59,775 nucleotides of DNA from Myxococcota bacterium (GTDB lineage: Bacteria; Myxococcota; Myxococcia; Myxococcales; Myxococcaceae). Shown here one piece after another: positions 38,609 through 46,187 of this stretch (position 1 is the stretch's first letter; each line of letters begins with the position of its first letter). Made by a program: the position numbers and the translations under genes. The stretch spans positions 1 through 59,775 of the forward strand of contig JBKPMY010000208.1 in NCBI GenBank assembly GCA_046732375.1, in the 5' to 3' direction. Below the pieces are notes generated by a model. It did no database searches. It was not told the DNA's origin and worked only from the letters and a program-made list of their open reading frames with translations.

Positions 38609-40261
38609 ATGCTCACTTCCCTTCTCACGGTGTCCGCGCTCGCCCTGGCAGCGGGGCCCGATCCCCTCGCCGGACCGCGCGCCGAGGCCGAGGCGCTGGT
38701 CCTCATCCAGCAGACGCTGCAGTGGTACACCGCGACCGTCGGCGAGACGAGCATCCAGGCCGAGACCTACCTGGGGCACGACCGGCTCTTCTCCAAGGAC
38801 ACAATCGCCCGGGTGCGGAAGGCGGCGAAGGAGCCGGGCATCTCCGCCGACGAGCGACGGGCCCGTGAATACTTCCAGGCCTACCTCGCCGGTGAGTTCC
38901 TGGCCCAGTCGACGGCGAAGTTCGACGACCGTGCGCAGAACGCCGCGCTCCAGGCGACGGTGCGTCTCCCGTGGATGAAGGACCCGGTTCCCTACAAGCA
39001 GCTGGACCTGCTGGTCGCGGAGGAGAAGGACGCCGGCAGGCGGGCGGAGATCGAGAAGGCTCGGGCCGAGATCTGGCGGACGGTGATGAACCCCATCCTC
39101 GTGGAGAAGGAGACGACGGCGCAGCGGCTGGCCCGCGAGCTGGGGTATCGCTCCTACGTGGAGCTCTCCGAGGAGAGCCGCCGCGCGAAGCTTCGCCCCT
39201 TCATGGTGGAGGGCAAGCGCTTCCTGGACGCGACGGACGGGATGTTCCACGAACTCCTCCAGGAGGTCAGCCCTCGCGAGCTGGGCATCCCCGCCTCCCA
39301 GCTCCGCCGGAGCGACTTCAGCCGCCTGTTCAAGGGCGCCCGCCACGAGCGCTTCTTCCCCGCGGACATCGCCGTGCCCGCCTTCCGCTCGTTCCTCGGC
39401 GGGATGGGGCTCGGCTTCAAGACCGTGGCCGGCACCGAGGTGCGGGTGGACGACGCGCTGAACCCGCTCAAGGAGCCGCGCGCCGCGTGCTGGGGCATCC
39501 GCGTGCCGTCGGACGTGCGGATCAACGTCAAGCCCATCCCGGGCATCGACAGCCTGGGCACCTTCTTTCACGAGGGCGGGCACGCGGTCATGTTCGCCAA
39601 CACCACGACCAAGGTCTGGGAGTTCCAGCAGCTCGGGCCCGGTGCGCTCACCGAGGGGCTGGGTGAGGTGTTCCGCTACGCGTGGGCCGACCCGGTGTGG
39701 CTGCGCCGGTACCGGAGCTTCGTCCAGGCCCACAACACCGAGGCGAAGCGGAACGACCCGCTGATGAGCGACCAGGAGATCCGGGAGCTCGCGCGGCTGC
39801 AGCTGCTCTACCAGCTCTACTACCTGCGCCGGTACGCATACGCGAAGCTGGTCTACGAGTCGGTGCTGCACGCCGGCTCGCCCTCGCTGTGGAAGGGCAT
39901 CTACGACCGACCCACGACCGACCCCATGGCGGTCTACCGGGAGGTGTTCTCCAACGCCTACGCGGTACCACTGGACGAGAGCGACGCACTCCGCTTCCGG
40001 ACCGACGTGGACGACACCTTCTACTCGCTGGACTACGCCCGCTCCTTCGCCCTCGCGCACCTCATGTCCGAGGGCCTGCGCACTCGCTTCGGTCCGGACT
40101 GGTACGGAAGCCCCGAGGCCGGGAAGCTCATCAAGAGCCTCGTGGCCGAGGGGAACAAGACCGAGGCCGAGGACGTGGCAAAGCTCTTCGGCGTCCCCTT
40201 CGATCTCCGCCCTGCGGAGGCGCGGATCCGCCGGCTGGTGGCCGAGACCGCGCCGCGCTGA
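38609..40261 (+). CDS. secreted zinc metallopeptidase, M3 (oligoendopeptidase F)-like
   Basis: MLTSLLTVSALALAAGP is a signal peptide. TFFHEGGHAVMF carries HExxH, with a downstream Glu in GALTEGLGEVF. Family assignment comes from motif and length only. Confidence 0.65.
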   Translation: MLTSLLTVSALALAAGPDPLAGPRAEAEALVLIQQTLQWYTATVGETSIQAETYLGHDRLFSKDTIARVRKAAKEPGISADERRAREYFQAYLAGEFLAQSTAKFDDRAQNAALQATVRLPWMKDPVPYKQLDLLVAEEKDAGRRAEIEKARAEIWRTVMNPILVEKETTAQRLARELGYRSYVELSEESRRAKLRPFMVEGKRFLDATDGMFHELLQEVSPRELGIPASQLRRSDFSRLFKGARHERFFPADIAVPAFRSFLGGMGLGFKTVAGTEVRVDDALNPLKEPRAACWGIRVPSDVRINVKPIPGIDSLGTFFHEGGHAVMFANTTTKVWEFQQLGPGALTEGLGEVFRYAWADPVWLRRYRSFVQAHNTEAKRNDPLMSDQEIRELARLQLLYQLYYLRRYAYAKLVYESVLHAGSPSLWKGIYDRPTTDPMAVYREVFSNAYAVPLDESDALRFRTDVDDTFYSLDYARSFALAHLMSEGLRTRFGPDWYGSPEAGKLIKSLVAEGNKTEAEDVAKLFGVPFDLRPAEARIRRLVAETAPR

Positions 40262-40382
40262 GGCCTGGGCGCGCGCCCATCCTCCCCGACGCGGCCGCCG
40301 TGGAAACAGGGCAGCGAGGAAAATGCGCCGAGGCGCGTGACTTTCGAGCGCGCGGGGCGGGCCTGGCATAGAACTCCCCGCC

Positions 40383-41009
40383 TTGGGCTCGCACCCGCCG
40401 CACGAACACCACCGGAACCTCTCCCACGTTCCCGCCTCCCGTGTGGCGCTCGCCGCGGTCATCACCGTGGTCGCCGGGGGTGTGGAGCTCTACACCTCTC
40501 GCGCGAGCGGGAGCCTGTTCCTCCTCGCCGATGGGGTGCACCTCCTGGCGCACCTGGGCATCTTCCTGGTCCTGCTCATCCCTCCGGGTCGGCTCCATGG
40601 GGCGAGCGAGGACCTGGGCGCGGTGGCGGTGCTGGGGATCATCGTGGCCATCGCCGGCTGGGTGGTGTGGCTCAGCGTGGACCACCTGCTGCATCCTCCC
40701 GAGGAGCTGCCCAAGGCCGCGGCGATGCTGGTGGCTTTGATCGGGCTCGTTGCGAACACCTGCTCGGCGCTCCTCTTCCGCAGGCCGGCCGAGACCCACT
40801 TCTCGTTCCGGGCGGCGCTGGCCCACGAACTGTCCGACGGTGGGATGACGCTGGCCGGTCTGGCGGGCGCGGGGTTCATCGCCCTCTTCGGGTGGCACTG
40901 GGTGGACCCGATGCTGAGCCTGCTCATCGGCGCGTGGCTCGGCGTCTGGGCAGCGCGGCTGCTGGTGCGGCGAGCGCTCCGCGGTCCCGAGGTGTTCTTC
41001 GAGCACTAG
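40383..41009 (+). CDS. short cation diffusion facilitator (CDF) transmembrane-domain protein
   Basis: His-rich N-terminus HPPHEHHRNLSH. LLADGVHLLAHLG and LAHELSDGGMTLAGL are CDF TM2/TM5 metal-site motifs. At 208 aa it has no cytoplasmic C-terminal domain. TTG start; an alternative GTG is at 40443. Confidence 0.7.
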   Translation: MGSHPPHEHHRNLSHVPASRVALAAVITVVAGGVELYTSRASGSLFLLADGVHLLAHLGIFLVLLIPPGRLHGASEDLGAVAVLGIIVAIAGWVVWLSVDHLLHPPEELPKAAAMLVALIGLVANTCSALLFRRPAETHFSFRAALAHELSDGGMTLAGLAGAGFIALFGWHWVDPMLSLLIGAWLGVWAARLLVRRALRGPEVFFEH

Positions 41010-41012
41010 CTA

Positions 41013-41098
41013 TGCTCGGGGCCAGAGTTGAACTGGCACGCTGCCGAGGCAGCCGCGGATTTTAAGTCCGCTGCGTCTACCGGTTCCGCCACCCGAGC
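41013..41098 (-). tRNA. tRNA-Leu (anticodon UAA), type II with a long variable arm
   Basis: The reverse complement reads GCTCGGGTGGCGGAACCGGTAGACGCAGCGGACTTAAAATCCGCGGCTGCCTCGGCAGCGTGCCAGTTCAACTCTGGCCCCGAGCA. Acceptor stem GCTCGGG/CCCGAGC, anticodon loop CT-TAA-AA, variable arm GGCTGCC..GGCAGC, T-loop GTTCAAC. No encoded CCA. Confidence 0.9.
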
Positions 41099-41167
41099 CG
41101 TGGCACCATAGGCCACTTTCCGAGATCCGGTTCGGGGTTGCCCTCCGTCGCGGAGCGCGGCTGGCCA

Positions 41168-41593
41168 TCACTGCGACGGCTGGCGATTCTTCTCGGCTTC
41201 GGCCGCTCTCCTGACCGCGATGATCGGCGCAGGATCCACTCGCCAGACCTGGCCGTCGAAGACCACGTCGACGCTCGACGGGACCGCCATCGACTTGAGC
41301 GTGACCCGCTTGTCCGTTCCCTTGACGCGGATGATGTCCATCGATCGGTAGCTGGCGGCGAGATCCTTCGCGAGCTCCGGGGAATACCGGGGCTGCCACA
41401 GCACCTCGGCCCCGGCCCGCTCGACGATCAGGGGCCGGATCCCGGCTTCGCTCGCTTCGACGTACGCCACCATGAACTGGCGGTAGGCGGCCTCCGGGGG
41501 AGGGTCGGTCTTGCTCGACGCTGCCTCCTTCGCGCAGGCCGCGGCGAGAACGACCAGAAGCCCGAGACTGACCCCCCGATGTCGGATCTGCAT
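41168..41593 (-). CDS. lipoprotein, unknown function
   Basis: MQIRHRGVSLGLLVVLAAAC is a lipobox. 141 aa, same strand as the two receiver genes upstream. Confidence 0.6.
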   Translation of the reverse strand: MQIRHRGVSLGLLVVLAAACAKEAASSKTDPPPEAAYRQFMVAYVEASEAGIRPLIVERAGAEVLWQPRYSPELAKDLAASYRSMDIIRVKGTDKRVTLKSMAVPSSVDVVFDGQVWRVDPAPIIAVRRAAEAEKNRQPSQ

Positions 41594-41619
41594 CGCCCGA
41601 CTCTAGTCCGAGCGGCGAT

Positions 41620-42003
41620 TCAGTCAGGGGTTCCCGGCTCGGGCCAGGACGCGAGCAGATTCTGGAGACAGGCGACGTACTCGTGGAGCTCGAACGGCTT
41701 CTTCAGTCTGCCGCTGGCCGGACCTGCTTCCGCGACGGTCGCCGAATCCCACGCCGAGGTGAGGAGGACGGGTACACCGGCGGCCTGGAACAACGCGAGC
41801 GTCGCCGAGCCCTCCTCCAGGAGGCTCCAGTGGAGGACCGCGACGCACGGGGGCCGGAGCCTCGGAAGCGTCGCGAGGGCCTCGGTCTCATCCTGCGCCG
41901 AGTAGACAATGGCGCTGGGAAAGGTCTCCGCGGTGATCTCCGCCAGCACCTGCCGGAGCGACGAGTCCTGTTCAGCGACGAGGAAGCAGGGGGGCACCAA
42001 CAC
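41620..42003 (-). CDS. receiver-like domain protein lacking the phospho-acceptor Asp (pseudo-receiver)
   Basis: FLVAEQDSSLRQ replaces the DD pocket. VAVLHWSLLEEG has His where the phospho-acceptor Asp is expected. VLLTSAW and RLKKPFEL retain the T/S and K positions. Confidence 0.6.
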   Translation of the reverse strand: MLVPPCFLVAEQDSSLRQVLAEITAETFPSAIVYSAQDETEALATLPRLRPPCVAVLHWSLLEEGSATLALFQAAGVPVLLTSAWDSATVAEAGPASGRLKKPFELHEYVACLQNLLASWPEPGTPD

Positions 42004-42132
42004 CAGAATTACCTGCTTTCACCCTGAGTCACACTCCAAAGCAAAGCCCCGCCTCCCGCACTCACGGAAGAGCCGATCTGCCGGATCGCACCGGGCGAGG
42101 CGTCCCTGCTCGACGAAGGCCCCGTGGGCGCG

Positions 42133-42600
42133 TCACTCCTCGGGCGCAGCGGGCGGAGGGGTCGTTCCGGCGGTGACCGCCGTCGGCTGGGTGGCCGTCG
42201 CGGCGGTCGAAGCTCCGGCGGGAGCATGTCGGGCAGCGAACTCCTCGGCCAGCACGAGAATCTCCTCCAGGTCGAACGGCTTCTTCAGCGCCTTCAGCAC
42301 GCCCGGCGTGTGCCCGAACAGCAGCTCGACCTCGACCGCAGCGGACATGATCACGACCTCCATCTCCTCGCGGTCGGGCCACTCCTCCAGGTGTGCGAGG
42401 AAGGTCATCCCGTCCATCACCGGCATGTTCATGTCGAGAAGGATCAGAACCGGACGGCCGATCCTTCCGAGGACCCCGAGCGCTTCCGCCCCGTTCCGGG
42501 CCACGGAGACGGGATATCCCTCCTCGGCCAGCACGTCCTCGAGAGTGTCGCGGAACCCGAAGTCGTCCTCGGCGATGAGGATGGTGGCGTTCGCCTTCAT
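42133..42600 (-). CDS. single-domain CheY-like response regulator
   Basis: ATG 42600 gives MKANATILIAEDDFGFRDTL...PVLILLDMNMPVMDG...VVIMSA...LKKPFDL, with all canonical receiver residues, plus a Pro/Thr/Ala-rich tail. In frame with track ORF 42133..42639. Confidence 0.8.
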   Translation of the reverse strand: MKANATILIAEDDFGFRDTLEDVLAEEGYPVSVARNGAEALGVLGRIGRPVLILLDMNMPVMDGMTFLAHLEEWPDREEMEVVIMSAAVEVELLFGHTPGVLKALKKPFDLEEILVLAEEFAARHAPAGASTAATATQPTAVTAGTTPPPAAPEE

Positions 42601-42786
42601 CCGGTCCAGTGATCTGCGGTCGAACGCCGAGGCGGGCATCTCATGAATCGACAGGGATGTTGGGGGTTCGACGGCCGATTCCCGACGGGCATGAAGACCG
42701 AGCCGGCTCTGTACCGTTTGCTTCCTCGCTGGTCGCCGGCGGGGCTATGGTCGGCGGCCGAGGGGAGTTCGACGTCCGAGGTGACC

Positions 42787-43371
42787 ATGTCCTCCGCTTG
42801 CTTCCGAATGCGCCACCTGGCGCTCGTCTCCGTCTCTGCCCTCCTGCTCGCCATGGCCTGCGCGACCTCCAGCTCCGGCAAGCTGCAGACGACCAGCGGT
42901 CCCGAGCAGCGCTTCAGCATGGTGGGCAACGGATTCGAGACCACCGCCCTCATCACCAAGGACGGTGCGCAGGGACCCAGCATCGACATCGGGCGCTATG
43001 ACAACGGGGCCACCCTCCGGGGTACTCTGCTCGGGAGGCCCTTTCAGCTCTCCATCGATCAGGCAGCAGGAACCGCCACCGGCCAGGGAGGACAGGGACC
43101 GGTCACCCTCAATGCCGTCGAGGAGGGCGACCAGCTCAAGTGCACCGGACTCGTCGGAAGGCCGTCGAACATCACTGCGTCCAAAGAGCGCATCGCCGGC
43201 ACCATGGGGCTCTGCTCCTACGACCTCGCCCGGTCCGGGGAAAGCTACGTCGGCTCCCGCTCCTGCGCGGGAGGCATCTCACCGGTGACGGTGAAGTTTC
43301 CGACCGGTATCCTCGAGTGGAAGCCGATCAACATCTGCGCGCTGATGGCGCTCCTGATGTCGACGCCGTAG
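42787..43371 (+). CDS. lipoprotein, unknown function
   Basis: MSSACFRMRHLALVSVSALLLAMAC is a lipobox. In frame with track ORF 42643..43371. Confidence 0.6.
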   Translation: MSSACFRMRHLALVSVSALLLAMACATSSSGKLQTTSGPEQRFSMVGNGFETTALITKDGAQGPSIDIGRYDNGATLRGTLLGRPFQLSIDQAAGTATGQGGQGPVTLNAVEEGDQLKCTGLVGRPSNITASKERIAGTMGLCSYDLARSGESYVGSRSCAGGISPVTVKFPTGILEWKPINICALMALLMSTP

Positions 43372-43384
43372 CGCGCGGGGCGCC

Positions 43385-44035
43385 CTACCCGAAGTGGTAG
43401 CCGATGCTGAACCGGAAGACCGGCAACGGCACCGTGGACCCGAAGTGGACGATGTCGCGCACGTCCTGCTCGACGTCCGGTGGGGTCCCCGGCGGGAGGA
43501 ACACGTTCTCGGTATGACCGACGACGAACTGGGCGCCCAGGTCCAGTCCCATCGCGAATCCGCTGCTCCACACCCATTGCCAGCCGATCCGCGGGGTGAT
43601 GACCCAGCTCTCGACGCGTGCCGAGCCGCCGATCCCGATCGGTGACCCGGTCTGCTTCTCTGTCACCGCAGCATCGATGACCTGCTGCCCGGCCCCCACG
43701 CCGAGGTAGAAAGTCCCCCGCAGCGGGTAGATCCGCAGCGCGATCTCCCAGGCGTCGAAATTGTTGAGCGTCGAGTTGGTGGTGTCGCTCTTCGCTCCGG
43801 CCCAGCTCAGGATCGCGTCCGAGGCGAACTTCGGAAAGGTGCTCCAGCTTCCGCTCACGCCGATGAACGGATGAAGCCGGGCGTAGCCCTCGATGTGGAT
43901 CGGCCGGGGGACGCTGATGATCCCCAGGTTCACCCCCACCCGGAACCGGCCCGGGTCGTCCGGCCCCCCTTCCTCGGCGGCCTCCACCGGGAGGACGAGG
44001 AACAGCACGGACGCCAGGAACGCCCCTCTCCGCAT
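43385..44035 (-). CDS. outer-membrane beta-barrel-like protein
   Basis: ATG 44035 lies after GGAGG. MRRGAFLASVLFLVLPVEAA is a signal peptide. The sequence shows alternating hydrophobic beta-strand patterning and a C-terminal FRFSIGYHFG. Confidence 0.6.
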   Translation of the reverse strand: MRRGAFLASVLFLVLPVEAAEEGGPDDPGRFRVGVNLGIISVPRPIHIEGYARLHPFIGVSGSWSTFPKFASDAILSWAGAKSDTTNSTLNNFDAWEIALRIYPLRGTFYLGVGAGQQVIDAAVTEKQTGSPIGIGGSARVESWVITPRIGWQWVWSSGFAMGLDLGAQFVVGHTENVFLPPGTPPDVEQDVRDIVHFGSTVPLPVFRFSIGYHFG

Positions 44036-44149
44036 GGAACCTCCTCGTGACGGACTGACCTCGATGTCACCTGGTCGGGGAGGGAGCACGCAAGGAAGTT
44101 GCTCGGGGTCCCACCTACACCGGGGCCGGTGTTAAAGACGTTTCCCCCC

Positions 44150-45781
44150 ATGCTGGAAACCGTCACCAAGGGCTTCCGGGCGGCCAGGAACCGGCTCGCC
44201 GGGAAGCAGGAGATCACCCCCGAGCTCGTCGACGAGTCGCTGCGGGACATCCGCGTGTCGCTCCTCGAGGCCGACGTCGCCTTCGACGTGGTCAAGTCCT
44301 TCGTCGCCCGCGTGCGAGAGAAGGCGGTCGGCGCCACCGTCCAGACCACCATCACCGACAAGCAAGGGCGGAGGCACAAGGTCTCCGCCGGCGAGCACTT
44401 CATCAAGGTGTGTCACGACGAGCTCGAGGCCCTGATGGGCCCGGTGGATACCTCCCTGAAGTTCAAGCCCAAGGGAGGGATCACCACGATGATGATGGTG
44501 GGCCTGCAGGGCTCGGGAAAGACGACCACCGTCGGGAAGATGGCGAGCTACCTGATGAAGCAGGGCCGGAAGCCCCTTCTCGTCGCCGCCGACATCTACC
44601 GTCCAGCCGCCGTGGACCAGCTTCAAGTCCTGGCCGAACGGCTCGCGGTTCCGGTCTTCTTCCAGCCGGACACCCTGCCCCCGGACCTGGCGGTGAAGGG
44701 CGTGGAGGAGGCCCGGGCGAAGAAGTGCGACGTGGTGCTCATCGATACCGCAGGCCGGCTCGCCATCGACGAGCAGCTGATGAACGAGCTGAACCTCATC
44801 AAGGCCGCCGTCCAGCCGGACGACATCCTGCTGGTGTGCGACGCGATGATCGGCCAGGACGCGGTGCGGACCGCGGCGGAGTTCGACCGGCGGCTCGCGC
44901 TCGACGGCTTCATCCTCACCAAGCTCGACGGTGATGCCCGCGGCGGCGCGGCGCTGTCGATCAAGGAAGTCACCGGCAAGCCCATCAAGTTCCTCGGCAT
45001 GGGCGAATCGCTGGACAAGCTCGAGGAGTTCCGCCCCGACGGGCTCGCCAGCCGCATCCTGGGCTTCGGCGACATCGTCGGCCTGATGAAGGACTTCGAG
45101 AAGGTCGTCGACGAGAAGAAGGCCGAGGAGGACGCGAAGAAGCTCCTCTCGGGAAGCTTCTCGATGAAGGACTTCGTCGAGCAGATCCGCACCGTGCGGA
45201 AGATGGGTCCGCTGAAGGACCTCCTGGAGAAGTTCCCCATCTTCGGGGAGATGACCGAGCAGCTGAACCCGGACGAGAAGGAGCTCACCAAGATCGAGGC
45301 GATGTACGACTCGATGACCGAGAAGGAGCGCCTCCGCCCGTCGCTGATCGACGACAGCCGGATGACGCGCATCGCCCGGGGCTCGGGAAGGAAGAAGAGC
45401 GAGGTCCAGGAGCTGCTGCAGAAGCACGGGATGATGCAGCAGGTGATGGGCGCGGTGGGGCAGAACCCCGGGCTCCTCGGGCGCATCCCCGGGTTCAAGC
45501 AGCTCGGGCAGCTGTCGAAGCTGAAGAACATGGACCTGTCCCAGGTCTTCGGGAAGGACGCGAAGATGATGGAGCAGGCGCTCGGGGGCGGCGGGATGCC
45601 GATGCAGATCCCTCAGGTGGCCCCCGGCTACTCCGCCCCGATGGGACAGGCGGCGATGGCCCGGGCGCGTCTCATGGGCTACTCGGATGCGCCGATGGCG
45701 AAGCAGGTCGACCGCGACGCGCTCCGGGACAAGCGAAAGCGCGAGCGGCAGGCGCGGAAGAAGAACCGGAAGCGGCGCTGA
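44150..45781 (+). CDS. ffh: signal recognition particle protein Ffh, with an extended basic C-terminal tail
   Basis: MLETVTKGFRAARNRLAGKQEITPELVDESLRDIRVSLLEADVAFDVV is the N domain. MMVGLQGSGKTTTVGKMA, DTAGRL and TKLDGDARGG are the G domain, followed by a Met-rich M domain. The protein ends ...RDKRKRERQARKKNRKRR. Confidence 0.9.
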   Translation: MLETVTKGFRAARNRLAGKQEITPELVDESLRDIRVSLLEADVAFDVVKSFVARVREKAVGATVQTTITDKQGRRHKVSAGEHFIKVCHDELEALMGPVDTSLKFKPKGGITTMMMVGLQGSGKTTTVGKMASYLMKQGRKPLLVAADIYRPAAVDQLQVLAERLAVPVFFQPDTLPPDLAVKGVEEARAKKCDVVLIDTAGRLAIDEQLMNELNLIKAAVQPDDILLVCDAMIGQDAVRTAAEFDRRLALDGFILTKLDGDARGGAALSIKEVTGKPIKFLGMGESLDKLEEFRPDGLASRILGFGDIVGLMKDFEKVVDEKKAEEDAKKLLSGSFSMKDFVEQIRTVRKMGPLKDLLEKFPIFGEMTEQLNPDEKELTKIEAMYDSMTEKERLRPSLIDDSRMTRIARGSGRKKSEVQELLQKHGMMQQVMGAVGQNPGLLGRIPGFKQLGQLSKLKNMDLSQVFGKDAKMMEQALGGGGMPMQIPQVAPGYSAPMGQAAMARARLMGYSDAPMAKQVDRDALRDKRKRERQARKKNRKRR

Positions 45782-45982
45782 GCAGTCAGTCCGGCCCAGA
45801 GTAGGCCGGTCCAACCGACGACATTCGCGCACGGCGACGTCCCCGAGGCGACCGACCATTGGTCCGGACGCTGGCGTGCAACCCGCGCCGTGCTGGCTCG
45901 CCACGCGCCAGCGCGCCGGCGTCCAGTGGATTCACAACGGCAGGGGGTACCTGGTCACGAGACATCCGAGACAACCGCGCGA

Positions 45983-46150
45983 ATGGAGATCCTGACCAGT
46001 ACCGGCGAGGTGTGCGGAAGATTGAGCGACATTTGCCCGACCTGCCGGATGCCCGTCGACGTCGGACTCGACGGGACGATCTCCTACCCCAACTTCGAGC
46101 TGGACCGTGACACCTGCGGGTTCGACTGGCACCCCGGCGCATTCAGGTGA
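45983..46150 (+). CDS. possible 55-aa Cys-containing small protein
   Basis: MEILTSTGEVCGRLSDICPTCRMPVDVGLDGTISYPNFELDRDTCGFDWHPGAFR. Codon third positions are mostly G/C, like real genes here. No RBS or family recognised. In frame with track ORF 45890..46150. Confidence 0.3.
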   Translation: MEILTSTGEVCGRLSDICPTCRMPVDVGLDGTISYPNFELDRDTCGFDWHPGAFR

Positions 46151-46187
46151 GCGACCGCAGAGCGACGGATCTCGTGCCTTGCAGCTG

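Noticed and set aside
40262-41167. tRNA-Leu as the anchor of an integrated genomic island
   Set aside because: There is no integrase, excisionase or phage gene on either side. I saw no duplicated copy of the tRNA 3' end (att-like repeat) within the flanking kilobases. Flanking genes have host-like GC and codon usage.
42030-42060. Sigma-54-like element on the minus strand upstream of the pseudo-receiver gene (AGGCGGGGCTTTGCTT)
   Set aside because: The GG-to-GC spacing is one nt short of the canonical distance, and the -24 element does not resemble GGCAC.
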